DNA from: Minicystis rosea
GTDB lineage: Bacteria; Myxococcota_A; Polyangia; Polyangiales; Polyangiaceae
Length of the DNA stretch: 64,000 bases
Direction: 5' to 3'
NCBI GenBank assembly: GCA_001931535.1
Contig: CP016211.1
Span: 4,567,573-4,631,572 of the forward strand
Below, piece after piece: positions 18,960 through 28,544 of this stretch. A model generated the notes under the pieces. The model did no database searches. It worked only from the letters and a program-made list of their open reading frames with translations, and was not told the origin of the DNA. The stretch's first letter is position 1. Each line of letters starts with the position of its first letter. The position numbers were made by a program, and so were the translations under genes.

Positions 18960-21490
18960 AACGTGAACCGTCGACTCCTATGCGAGCGCACACACTGGTT
19001 CACTGGCTCATCCGGCTTCAGCTCGAGCGGCCTCACGTGGTCATCACGGTCGTCGCGCTGCTGAGCGCCTGCGCCCTGGCCCTGGCAGCTCGTCTCGAGC
19101 TCCTGATGGGCTTCGAGAGCCTTCTGCCCGACGCTCGGCCGAGCGTTCAAGAGCTCCGCCGCGTCGCTGCGCGAACGAGCGGTGTATCGACGCTGTTCGT
19201 CGTCCTGGAAGGCGAGGATCCACACGCCTTGCGCTGCACGGGGGATGCCCTCGTGCCGGCGCTGATCGCGTTGGGGCTGCCGTGGGTCGGTCAGGCAGAG
19301 GACGGAGTCCACGATGCTGCGAAGTTTCTCACGCCGCGAGCGGGGCTGTACGCAGACTTGAAGGGGCTCGAGCAGCTCCGCGACGACGTCGAGGCGCGCG
19401 TCGCCTACGAGGTCGGCGAGCAGACCGGTTCGAACCTGCCGCTCGATCCGGCAGACGTCCCGCCACCGCTCGACGCCGATCTCTTGAAGAAGCGTCTGGG
19501 CGTGAACGCAGCCGACGAGAAACGCTTCCCGGACGGTTACTATCAGAGCCAGGACGGCAAGACACTCGTGGTCGCGATTCGCTCGGCGGTGATGGCGAGC
19601 GACTTCACCAAGGGGCGAGAGGCGATGGCGAGGGTTCGCGCCGTCGTCGAGCAGGTGAGCCCACGGTCGTTCGATCCGACGGCGAAGTGGGGAATCACCG
19701 GCGATCTCGCAATCGGCGTCGGCGAGTATGATGCCATCAACCGAGACCTGACTGAAGTCGGCGTCGCCGGTGCCTTGCTCATCCTCGGTGTCGTCTCTCT
19801 CTATTACCTCCGGCTGCGTGCGGTGGTCGCCATGAGCATCACGATCGCAGTCGGTCTGGCGTGGACCTTCGGTCTCACGCAGCTTGCACTCGGTCACCTC
19901 AACCTCGCGACCGGATTCCTCTTCACCATCATCGGTGGCAACGGCATCAACTTCAGCATCATCTACATGGCGCGCTACCTCGAGGAGCGCCGGAGTGGGC
20001 GCTCGCTTTCACAGGCCATCACCGTAGCGCATCTGGAAACCTGGAAACCGACGCTCACCGCCGCCGCCGCCGCGTCCGCCGCCTATGGGTCTCTCGTCAT
20101 CACGGCATTCCGAGGCTTTCGCGAATTCGGTATCGTCGGCGGCGCCGGGATGGCGATCTGCTGGCTCGCCACGTATCTCTTGCTTCCTGCAGTCCTCGTC
20201 GTGATGGAGCGAGTCGTTCCGCTCGACCGCGTGCGCAGCGGGCTGGTCGGCAAAATCCAGCGAGCCACCGATGTGGGTATTCCCTTCGGCGAGCCTTTCG
20301 CTCGTCTCGTCGAGCGCGCGCCGCGCTTCCTCACCGTCGTCGGTTTGGCATTGACGTGCGCCGGTGTCGACCTGGCGGCCCGCTACCTTCGCACCGATCC
20401 GATGGAATACGATCTGGCGCAGGTCCAAAGCGACCAGCGCGTCGTCGGCGAGGCGCAGCGGCTCATCCACGCCGCGAAGGCGATTACCGGCTACATCGGC
20501 CTCGACGGCATGGCCATCCTCGTTGACCGTGTCGAGCAGGTGCCGCCGCTCAAGCGGGCGCTCGAAGCGCGACGCGACGCCGCGCCCGCCGGTGCCAAGC
20601 CCTTCAAGGCGCTGCATGCGCTCCAGGACTTCGTGCCGGCGGACCAGCGCGAAAAGCTCGATATCCTAAGTCGGCTCGCAGAGCGAGCACGCTGGGCGCG
20701 GCGGCGCGGCCTGGTGCGTGATGCTGATTGGTCCAAGATCGAGCCCTTCCTCCCCACGTCCGAGGTTCAGCCCTTCGGGATTGCGGACTTGCCCGACGCG
20801 CTCGCGCGGCCGTTCACCGAGCGTGACGGCACGCGCGGTCGGGTCGTGTACATCAGCCCGACCGACGGTGAGCTCACCAGCGACGCGCGATATCTCTTCC
20901 GGTGGGCCGATTCGTTTCGTCGGACCGCGCTCCCCGACGGGAGTGTCGTTCTCGGCTCCGGCCGCGCGGTGATCTACGCAGACATGTGGTCCGCGATCCT
21001 CGATGACGTCCCGCCCGCGGTCTGCCTCTCCTTCACCGCGACGTTCCTCATCGTCATTGCCGCGTTTCGCGGAAGACGCGCATCGCTCGGCATACTGGCT
21101 GCGCTCCTGATCGGAGTCTCCTGGATGGCGGGCCTCCTGGCCTTGCTCGGCGCCAAGCTGAACTTCCTCAATTTCATCGCCCTGCCCATCACCTTTGGTA
21201 TCGGCGTCGACTACGCGGTCAACATCGTGGAGAGAGATTGCCACCTGCGCGACGCGCTGGGCGCGCTTCGCCGCACGGGAGGCGCGGTCATCCTCTGTAG
21301 CCTGACCACCCTGCTGGGATATCTGGCTCTCGTGAAATCGATGAACCACGCAGTTCGGAGCCTCGGTGTCGCCGCGGTAATCGGCGAGATTGCATGCTTG
21401 CTGGCGGCCGTGCTCGTACTGCCTGCTGCGCTCGTCTGGTGGCGGTCACGCGCCTGGGGTGTCCGGAAATCATCTGACTCGGCAATCTGA
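18956..21490 (+). CDS. MMPL/RND-family transporter (HpnN-like lipid exporter)
   Basis: 843 aa with two 6-TM bundles each preceded by a periplasmic loop. MMPL-type motifs ('GIDYAVNIVER', 'AICWLATYLLLPAVLVVME'). GTG start overlaps the GtrA stop. Confidence 0.85.
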   Translation: MKREPSTPMRAHTLVHWLIRLQLERPHVVITVVALLSACALALAARLELLMGFESLLPDARPSVQELRRVAARTSGVSTLFVVLEGEDPHALRCTGDALVPALIALGLPWVGQAEDGVHDAAKFLTPRAGLYADLKGLEQLRDDVEARVAYEVGEQTGSNLPLDPADVPPPLDADLLKKRLGVNAADEKRFPDGYYQSQDGKTLVVAIRSAVMASDFTKGREAMARVRAVVEQVSPRSFDPTAKWGITGDLAIGVGEYDAINRDLTEVGVAGALLILGVVSLYYLRLRAVVAMSITIAVGLAWTFGLTQLALGHLNLATGFLFTIIGGNGINFSIIYMARYLEERRSGRSLSQAITVAHLETWKPTLTAAAAASAAYGSLVITAFRGFREFGIVGGAGMAICWLATYLLLPAVLVVMERVVPLDRVRSGLVGKIQRATDVGIPFGEPFARLVERAPRFLTVVGLALTCAGVDLAARYLRTDPMEYDLAQVQSDQRVVGEAQRLIHAAKAITGYIGLDGMAILVDRVEQVPPLKRALEARRDAAPAGAKPFKALHALQDFVPADQREKLDILSRLAERARWARRRGLVRDADWSKIEPFLPTSEVQPFGIADLPDALARPFTERDGTRGRVVYISPTDGELTSDARYLFRWADSFRRTALPDGSVVLGSGRAVIYADMWSAILDDVPPAVCLSFTATFLIVIAAFRGRRASLGILAALLIGVSWMAGLLALLGAKLNFLNFIALPITFGIGVDYAVNIVERDCHLRDALGALRRTGGAVILCSLTTLLGYLALVKSMNHAVRSLGVAAVIGEIACLLAAVLVLPAALVWWRSRAWGVRKSSDSAI

Positions 21491-21821
21491 CTCTCTGATC
21501 CGTGCCCGAGCCCGGCTCGCCCACGCCAAGCCCGGTCGCGTGGTCCGGGTGCGGTATCCGTTGCGTCGACTGCCTCGTTGTGGCGCGAGGCCGGGGCCAC
21601 CGAAATGGGCTCGGCCGCAAGAGCAGTGTGCAAACCGGTGCAAGAGCGTGCACGACGCGCGATGAAGTGCGCGACTCGGTGCGCGTAAAGTCCATCCCGA
21701 GGTGGTTCTCGATAGCGAAGAGCGGCTGTCACCACACCGACCCCGTCCCACAGCAGTAAGGGCTGAAGCGCCGCGCTTGAAGCGCCGCGGAAACGCCGAC
21801 CGCTCGTGCGACGCTGACCCA

Positions 21822-22949
21822 TCAGGGCCGACTGGGCTCGGCCAGGATCGCCTCCGCCTCCGCGCGGCGATAGCCCGTCGGATACAGCGCCAGGTAGCGG
21901 CGCGCCTCCGCGCGGGCGGCGGCCATACGGCCGGCGCGTTGCAGCGAGACCATGGCCAGAAATGCAGCGTCTTCGGCTCGCTCGTCACTCGGATATGCCT
22001 CGCGGAAGGCCGAGAGCTGCCGGGCGGCGGCATCGTAGTCCCCTCGGTCGGCGAGCCGGATACCTTCGCGCAGCGTATCCGCTGGATCCCGACGCGCGCT
22101 CTGCTCGTCCGGCCCCGGCTTGGCACCGGGGTGGTCGGACGAAGTCGCAGCGGATGTCGACCTGGCGAACACGGTAGATTCAGAAGGACCTTTCGGATTG
22201 GGTGTTGGCCTGGCAGGCACAGTCGCTCCTACCTCCGAGGGGCAGGACCAACGCTCTCCGGCGGCCACCAACCATGTCGTGCCGTGAAATCTCACCTCGA
22301 CCTTGCCCTCGGTTACGCGCACCGCGCGTAGGTGAGACGATCGCGCCTCGACGTGAAAGCGGGTACCACGCACCTCGACCTCAGCGTCAGCCGTGCGCAC
22401 GATGAAGCGCTCGGCGCCATGGAGCGGCCGAACTGAGAGCGCAATCACACCATCGTGCAAGGCCACGATCTCCGTGCCATCCGCCTTGGTGCGCATGAAC
22501 ACTGCCTTTCCGTCGGGAACGACCGTCGTTTCCGTGCGCATATGCAGTTCGGCAGGTGTCCCTTGCATATCGATCGGGGGCGCGATGGACCGCTGGATCT
22601 TCGGCAAGTGGGCGAGGATGGCGGGCCGTTCGGGCTCGTGATGATGTGCGATCCACCGAATAGCGGGCACGATGAGGAGCAGGAGTGCCACGTGTCGTCC
22701 CATGTTCGGCACAGGGCGCCGTGGTCGCGCAGCTTCGCGGAGTAGGGCGAGGCGTCCACGCTGCTTCTCCAAACGCGTGAGGGGTTGCACGCGCAGGATT
22801 CCACCCAGGTGGTCGAGCTCGGCCTTGAGTGCGGCGCATGCAGGACACACGAGAAGGTGGCGCGCGACCGAGGTCGCTTCCCGCTCGCTTAGACGGCCGT
22901 CGCGTGTTGCCTCAACAAGCGACGCCATTGGGCAGGGGGGCTGTGTCAT
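21822..22949 (-). CDS. Anti-sigma factor (zinc-finger N-terminus, FecR-like domain, TPR-like C-terminus)
   Basis: 'LLVCPACAALKAE' zinc-finger anti-sigma N-terminal domain. FecR-like beta region 'AEVEVRGTRFHVEA'. TPR-like C-terminus. ATGA overlap with the upstream ECF sigma gene. Confidence 0.75.
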   Translation of the reverse strand: MTQPPCPMASLVEATRDGRLSEREATSVARHLLVCPACAALKAELDHLGGILRVQPLTRLEKQRGRLALLREAARPRRPVPNMGRHVALLLLIVPAIRWIAHHHEPERPAILAHLPKIQRSIAPPIDMQGTPAELHMRTETTVVPDGKAVFMRTKADGTEIVALHDGVIALSVRPLHGAERFIVRTADAEVEVRGTRFHVEARSSHLRAVRVTEGKVEVRFHGTTWLVAAGERWSCPSEVGATVPARPTPNPKGPSESTVFARSTSAATSSDHPGAKPGPDEQSARRDPADTLREGIRLADRGDYDAAARQLSAFREAYPSDERAEDAAFLAMVSLQRAGRMAAARAEARRYLALYPTGYRRAEAEAILAEPSRP

Positions 22950-23551
22950 GTGCTCCTCTTCTTCACGAGAGCGCGCCTCACCTCGGTGCGCGCATAGTGT
23001 AGCCGGGTCCAGACCGTCCCCACCGGGATGTCGAGCTCGGCTGCGACCTCCTCACCGGAGAGCCCCTCGCGCTCAATCAACAGGAGAACGGCGCGCTTCT
23101 CCTCCGAAAGGCGCAGGACAGCCCGTGTGACCATCTCGATGTCTTGCGCGTCGGACGCCTCGTCCTCGGGGGTCCGCATCACGACGCGGGTCAACGTCTC
23201 TCCAAACGAGGCGATGATCCGCAGAAAACGGGCGTGTTTGCGCAGCCGATCGCGCGCGATCCGCGCAGCGATCCCGATCAGGAATGGACGCGCGCACGGC
23301 CGCCCGTCGTACGTGGCGCCGGCCCGCGGCAAGGCGAGGAAGGTCTCCTGAACGATGTCGTCGGCGTCGGCCGCACGCACGGTGGAACGCAGCACGAAGC
23401 GACGCACGTCGTCGTGATAGCGATCGTAGAGCACACCGAGCGCCGCGAGGTTGCCTGCAACGACTTTGGTGATGAGCTCGACGTCATCCTCCGCGCGGTC
23501 CGGACGCGTCATCACGGGGTCTTCTACGGGCATCTCGGCTCTGGATTTCAT
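22946..23551 (-). CDS. ECF sigma factor, copy 2 (with intact anti-sigma partner)
   Basis: Near-identical paralog of 9738..10343. Sigma-70 regions 2 and 4 are present. Confidence 0.85.
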   Translation of the reverse strand: MKSRAEMPVEDPVMTRPDRAEDDVELITKVVAGNLAALGVLYDRYHDDVRRFVLRSTVRAADADDIVQETFLALPRAGATYDGRPCARPFLIGIAARIARDRLRKHARFLRIIASFGETLTRVVMRTPEDEASDAQDIEMVTRAVLRLSEEKRAVLLLIEREGLSGEEVAAELDIPVGTVWTRLHYARTEVRRALVKKRST

Positions 23552-24471
23552 CGAATGGCCACGTCGACACCGAACGTGAGCCCTACGGAGTAGGCGGGGA
23601 GCGGCGGCAAAACAGGATCGATTCGGCGCGCTCCGATGGCGCTGGCAGGCGCGACCTCACCGTCGATCCCCAAGACCCCGCGCCAGGTCCGACTCCAGTG
23701 GAGCGTCGCGCGGAGCCCGAGCGCGACACGCGCATCCACCTTGGCGCCCTCAGCCTCGCTCCCCTGCTGGCGCGCCTCCATGGAGACGATGCCAATCGAT
23801 GGATCGAATGCCACTTGCAGCTCCAGGACTCGGGTCATGAGGATCCTGCGGCTGACTGAGAGGCCAAGCCCCAGGTCCGACATTGAGAAATCGCCAGGGA
23901 CCTCATCGAATGTGTGCGGCAGACCGAGCCGTCCCCAAGCCCCCACCGACCAGGTACCGAAGGGGACTGCGGCGCGAAGCGTGGCCGTCCCCCACAACGC
24001 TCGAAGGGCGCCGCCGTATCGAATCCCCGCCAGCGCCTCGATGAGCAAGCGCGGCTCCGAAGGGCCTTGTAACGGCGCGCTCACGGACTCGACCGGAGAT
24101 GATGGCGCACGAGCGAGCGGAGGCCATTGCAGCGAGAACGCGAGCAACGCTTCGACGGTGGGCAGGAGCTCAGTGGGGCCTGTCACCTGGCGAGTCGCCA
24201 CTCTCCCATGTGAATCGGTACGAGTGATGGTCGCGTTCTCTAGAGCTGAGCTCACGCGAAGGCGCAGCTCCCCTCCGGCACAACTCCATATGTGCCCCTC
24301 TTCGGCGATGGCGACCGCGACGTCGTCGTACGCCTGTTGCCAGGCGGCGGACAGGACGGCTTCCTCGACGATTAACTGCGGCGGTACGCACGACTCGGCC
24401 CGTACCGAGACGGCGCTGATCAACAGCGTCGTCGTGGCCACGAGGACGAGCCGTGCGCGCCGCCGCCCCAT
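23548..24471 (-). CDS. Hypothetical secreted protein
   Basis: Signal-like 'MGRRRARLVLVATTTLLISAVSVRAES'. No family recognised. Coupled by 4-nt overlaps to the flanking genes. Confidence 0.45.
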   Translation of the reverse strand: MGRRRARLVLVATTTLLISAVSVRAESCVPPQLIVEEAVLSAAWQQAYDDVAVAIAEEGHIWSCAGGELRLRVSSALENATITRTDSHGRVATRQVTGPTELLPTVEALLAFSLQWPPLARAPSSPVESVSAPLQGPSEPRLLIEALAGIRYGGALRALWGTATLRAAVPFGTWSVGAWGRLGLPHTFDEVPGDFSMSDLGLGLSVSRRILMTRVLELQVAFDPSIGIVSMEARQQGSEAEGAKVDARVALGLRATLHWSRTWRGVLGIDGEVAPASAIGARRIDPVLPPLPAYSVGLTFGVDVAIR

Positions 24472-25229
24472 CAATCGTCGTCCTGCTCGGTATCGTCGTC
24501 GTGCTCTTCGCCGTCGCCATCGCCGGCTGCGCACCCAATGGAGCTCGGTACCTCGAGGTCCGGAACGCCCATCGCATGCGTCGGATCCGCGCTGCTCGCG
24601 TCGTCGGCGGTCTCGGCGTCGGCGTCGTTCGCATCATCAGCCGTCTCCGTGTCGGCGTCGTCGTTCGTCTCGCCGTCGGACGCGCCGTCGCTCGTGGAGT
24701 TTGCCTGCGGGCCGCCGTCGCAGACTTGCTTCGTCTGCGCGTCGATGCCATCCACGCAGTCCGCCCCTCCGTCATCGTTCGTCTCGCCATCGCCGTCCCC
24801 CGCGGAGCAGGCCTGGACTGCCTTGCCTGCGGCACCTGGCGTGATCGGAGCGATCCTGCTGCGCGCCGTGAGCGCAGCGCGGAATCGAACGACGCCGATA
24901 TCGACGCTTGCGCCGATGGACTTCACGGCGACCATGGTCTCGAGGTGCCCCTTGTTGCTGCGCAGGACGAGCGGCGTGACCGTACTGCCTGCCGACAGCA
25001 TGAAGTGGTAGCTACTGCCACTCGGCAGCGGAAGCGAGAACCTGCCATCCACCGCGACCGCAACGTCGAACGACGTGCCCTTGTCACTGATAACCGTGAT
25101 GGCCGTTACCGCATCAGGGAACGACCCCTGCTGGACTTGTCCGCGGACGATCGACGATCCCGGTTGCGTCGAGCTGCAACCCGCCGCCGTGATACTCGCC
25201 AGCGCGAGCGCACCCATCATGCTCCTCAT
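24471..25229 (-). CDS. Acidic lipoprotein with Asp/Glu/Thr-rich C-terminal tail and repeated C-x-DGDGE motifs
   Basis: 'MRSMMGALALASITAAGCSS' lipobox. Ribosome-binding site GGAGAGGAG. C-terminus 'CSAGDGDGETNDDGGADCVDG…CAAGDGDGEEHDDDTEQDDD'. Confidence 0.6.
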   Translation of the reverse strand: MRSMMGALALASITAAGCSSTQPGSSIVRGQVQQGSFPDAVTAITVISDKGTSFDVAVAVDGRFSLPLPSGSSYHFMLSAGSTVTPLVLRSNKGHLETMVAVKSIGASVDIGVVRFRAALTARSRIAPITPGAAGKAVQACSAGDGDGETNDDGGADCVDGIDAQTKQVCDGGPQANSTSDGASDGETNDDADTETADDANDADAETADDASSADPTHAMGVPDLEVPSSIGCAAGDGDGEEHDDDTEQDDD

Positions 25230-26170
25230 TCTTCGATTCTCCTCTCCAGGGTTAGTCACCCCGCTCATCGACGTTGGCGCGGGGCGTTGTGAACCTTCAA
25301 AAAAACCGAAGGCTCGCGACACAAGGAGCGAAGCGCCTTCTTCGTTCGTGGGCCGGCCCACGCCTCCTCCTTCCATGGCGCCTCGAGAAGTAAGGAGTCG
25401 ATATCGAGGCTCCCGCACAAGTTGATTTCGCCCATTCGACGATGCGCAAATACTCTGAAGGTTCTTCGCAGGCGTCGCCAAGAAGACGCCCACGCGTTGG
25501 TAGCGTGCAGCCAAACGGTAGACTTGATGCGAGCGCCGTGGGGCCAACGCCTCGCTGTGGAAAGCACCCGCCCCCGCGGGGTCTGGTGCGCGCACCTTAC
25601 TGAGCTGAAAGAGCACCCTGAGCTCAGCACTCCTCTCCTTGATCCTCTCCGCGCGGATAAGGACAAATACGTTCAAGACACCGTGGCGAATTGGCTCAAC
25701 GATGCAAGCAAAAGCCCCCCCAATGGGTAAAGGCCACATGCGCCCAGTGGGCTCGGAGCGGGGACGCTGCAACGCTCCGGATCGTGAAGCGGGCCTCGCG
25801 CATGTGGAGCCGCCGCTCGGCGCTGAACGCTTCGTGTGACACGCCCGAGCGTTCGAAGGCCTCGATGATCGTCGACCACTCGCTTGCGACGTCTACGCGC
25901 CTGCATGCGCGACCCTTGCCCGCTCGAGCGGCGGCGGGCAGAGGGTCAGGGCTCGTGGCGGCGGGTCACGGGCGTGACTCCGCTCCTCCAGATCGCGACA
26001 AATCAGCAGGCTGCATGATGTCGTTCGAGATCGTGGCCGCTGATTTAGCCACCCTGGTTGCGTTTTGCGAGCGTGGGGACGAGCAACGGCGCACGATGCC
26101 CCGACGTCGCTCTATCTCGATGAATCATGAGCTTACTCGAGGCTTTGACCAAGCGATGGGCAGCGCTCCG

Positions 26171-26947
26171 TCAGCCCACCGGATAGCCAAGGACGAGCAC
26201 ACCATCTCCGCTCGGCAGCGGTGCATAGCCAGCTCCCAAGAGCTCGAGCACGGATCCGAACGGATCAGGCAAATCAGCATACAGCCTGCCCTCCGCCTTC
26301 TCCCCCCGCGGCACACATTGCTGCGCGCTCACAGCGTTGATCCAGCGCTCCTTGGCAAACACCCACACACCGGCCACGCCTGCCGCGAACGCCCGGTGTT
26401 CGGGATCCATGGAGGCCACGGCGGCCTCGCCCGCGAGGCGATCGATCACCTGGCTCAGCTCCTCCCAGCGTGTAATGCCGGGAACGGCCAAGGCGAAGCC
26501 ATCCGGCTCCCAGACACCCGGCTTCGTGTCGTGGAGCTGGTATTCATAATCTTGCCTCGATGTCGGGACCCAGAGCACGGTGTCCGCCGCGTGCTCTCCC
26601 CACGGCTGCAACGCCGCCGCAAAGGCCCGTCCGCTGGCCTCGGCGCGCTCGATCCCTTTGACGTCGGCGGCCAGCAAAGCGCACGCGGCCACGTCATCGG
26701 GACACGAAGCTCGCGGGACGTATGGTGCTCTTCGAAGCTGCTGCGCTCGATCACGAGGATCCATGCCCGGGAACCAGGGGAAGCGGCGCCGCGGATCGTC
26801 GCGCCACGTAGAGGGGATGAGCCCGCGCGCGCAGAGGGCATCCCACGCCGCTCGAGGATCGGTGTACCCGGCGACCGCGGCGCGGGAAGCGCCCAGCGCG
26901 GTGCGCGAAGGTCTCAGCACGCGAGTGAGCAAGAGCGAGGTCGGCAC
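26171..26947 (-). CDS. Hypothetical protein
   Basis: 258-aa ORF with balanced, non-Arg-skewed composition. No family recognised. Confidence 0.4.
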   Translation of the reverse strand: MPTSLLLTRVLRPSRTALGASRAAVAGYTDPRAAWDALCARGLIPSTWRDDPRRRFPWFPGMDPRDRAQQLRRAPYVPRASCPDDVAACALLAADVKGIERAEASGRAFAAALQPWGEHAADTVLWVPTSRQDYEYQLHDTKPGVWEPDGFALAVPGITRWEELSQVIDRLAGEAAVASMDPEHRAFAAGVAGVWVFAKERWINAVSAQQCVPRGEKAEGRLYADLPDPFGSVLELLGAGYAPLPSGDGVLVLGYPVG

Positions 26948-27045
26948 GCGGTGAGCCTATATGCGGCGACGGCCCCACGACAACCGCGCTTCAACTGGAT
27001 CGCAGCATCGTCGCTCGTGCACGATCGGAGTTCGGTCGGCAAGGC

Positions 27046-27579
27046 TTGCGAGGTCCCCGTTTCGGGCGCCTCTCGCGCGGACAGCGCGACGGGGGTCGAG
27101 GAGGAACCGGGGGAAGCAAGGAGGCGCAGCTCGGCGACCAGGGCGCGCTCCGCGAGGCGCTCGAGGTCGCCCGCAAGCAGCTCAGCCCCGACGACCCGGC
27201 CTACCGCGAGACGCTCTTCCAGCTCGCACGGATGGTTGCGAAGTCGGGCAAGCTCGAGGACGCCGAGAAGCTCCTCCGCGAGGCGGTCGAGGTCCAGGAG
27301 AAGTACGGCGACCCTCACGCGGAGGGTTATGACGATGTGCGCCAGGCCCTCGTCGCCGTGCTGGTCAAGCAGGGCAAGACCGACGAGGCGAAAAAGCTGC
27401 GCAAGGATGATGACCCGCCGATCCCGGGGCTCGACACCGCCGCGCCAGCCGAGACCACCGCGCCCGTCAAGACTGCCGTGCCCGCCAAGACTGCCGTGCC
27501 CGTCAAGGCTGCGCCGCCTGCCAAGACAGCGACGCCGTCGGATCCCTTCGGTCCCTGGAACACCTACAAGAAGAAATGA
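27046..27579 (+). CDS. Hypothetical TPR-like / Lys-Glu-rich protein
   Basis: '…FQLARMVAKSGKLEDAEKLLREAVEVQEKYGDPHAEGYDDVRQALVAVLVKQGKTDEAKKL' is helical-repeat like, followed by Pro/Ala/Thr/Lys repeats. Start uncertain. Confidence 0.45.
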   Translation: MRGPRFGRLSRGQRDGGRGGTGGSKEAQLGDQGALREALEVARKQLSPDDPAYRETLFQLARMVAKSGKLEDAEKLLREAVEVQEKYGDPHAEGYDDVRQALVAVLVKQGKTDEAKKLRKDDDPPIPGLDTAAPAETTAPVKTAVPAKTAVPVKAAPPAKTATPSDPFGPWNTYKKK

Positions 27580-27649
27580 ACCCTACCCGCCCGGGCGCCG
27601 TCCCGGAGGCGCCCGCGCGAACAGCCCCGGCGACTCCATCCGATCGCGG

Positions 27650-27720
27650 CACCGGCAGCGGCATCTCGCCCGAGCTGCTCCCGCACATCTTCGGCCGCTA
27701 CTCGCGCGAGCGCTCCGGAC
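27650..27720 (+). pseudogene. ~70-nt fragment copied from a histidine-kinase G-box (paralog of 400..470)
   Basis: 'gcggcatctcgcccgagctgctcccgcacatcttcggccgctactcgcgcgagcgc' is ~85% identical to window positions 405-462. It encodes '[17 protein letters not shown]' with no kinase context. Confidence 0.5.
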
Positions 27721-27976
27721 GCCGTGCTCCCGGGGCGCTCCGCGGCGGGCGCTGTGCGAGCATCCGTGGGCCTGCTCCCTCGGATCGAGGTCCTCGGCCT
27801 CACGCTCTCGGACGAGCCCGTCGCGGTGGCAGAGCTCGGCCCCCATCTGATGAACCTCCAGATCGCGGGTGTGCTCGGCGTTCAGCGGCTCTTCCGCCGT
27901 GATGTGGTGATCCTCGATTATGTATGCCGCCGCGCGCGTCGAACGATCGCGGCAGAGCCGGGCCGAAGGTTAGCCG

Positions 27977-28396
27977 ATGGTGTTTCTGTCAGGCAGCGCC
28001 ATATCGGTGGAAGGGCGGCTCGATGGCGGGCTCGAGGGCTTGTTTCAAATCGACACCGGGGTCGCGGAGCCGATGGTCACCTCGAAATATCTCGAGCTCT
28101 CCCTCGCTGTCCACCCGCGCTGGTACGTGGGCCCCGTGCGACCCCAATCGTTTTTCGGCGCCGGGGGCATCAAGGCCGGCGCCGCCCGCCCGATCGAGGG
28201 GAGCCGCTTTTGCGCGCGCGGCGAGGGCGCCTGTCTCGATCTGCCGCGCATCCTCGCGTGGGCCGCGCTCGCCAGTGTGATTCAGGGCCCGAACGACATC
28301 GAGCACGCTGGCGTCTTCGGCGGCTCCGCGTTTCGAGGTCGCGTGTTGGAGCTCGATTATCCGGCCCTCAGGGTCCGGGTCCGGCCCAGCATGTGA
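27977..28396 (+). CDS. Retropepsin-like (clan AA) aspartyl protease domain protein; an upstream frameshifted half-domain suggests decay
   Basis: 'LFQIDTGVAEPMVT' (D-T-G active-site motif) and C-terminal 'VLELDYPALRVRV'. A second partial copy, '…LGVQRLFRRDVVILDYVCRRARR', lies in another frame at 27724-27960. Confidence 0.4.
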   Translation: MVFLSGSAISVEGRLDGGLEGLFQIDTGVAEPMVTSKYLELSLAVHPRWYVGPVRPQSFFGAGGIKAGAARPIEGSRFCARGEGACLDLPRILAWAALASVIQGPNDIEHAGVFGGSAFRGRVLELDYPALRVRVRPSM

Positions 28397-28544
28397 GGCG
28401 CCTCAGCCCGCCTCGGTCAAGCACTGTCTGGTAGCGCGTGGGCGGCGCACGCCAGGGCGGATGGTGCTTGTGCGCATCGGAGCGAAGCCGCGCCACACGG
28501 GTGCGTGAAGCCGCGCCGCTTCGCCCTCCGCCTTGTCGTCCTCC

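Noticed and set aside
25691-27850. 719-aa plus-strand ORF
   Set aside because: Arg/Ser/Pro-rich nonsense translation that spans several better-supported genes and fragments on both strands. Shadow ORF.
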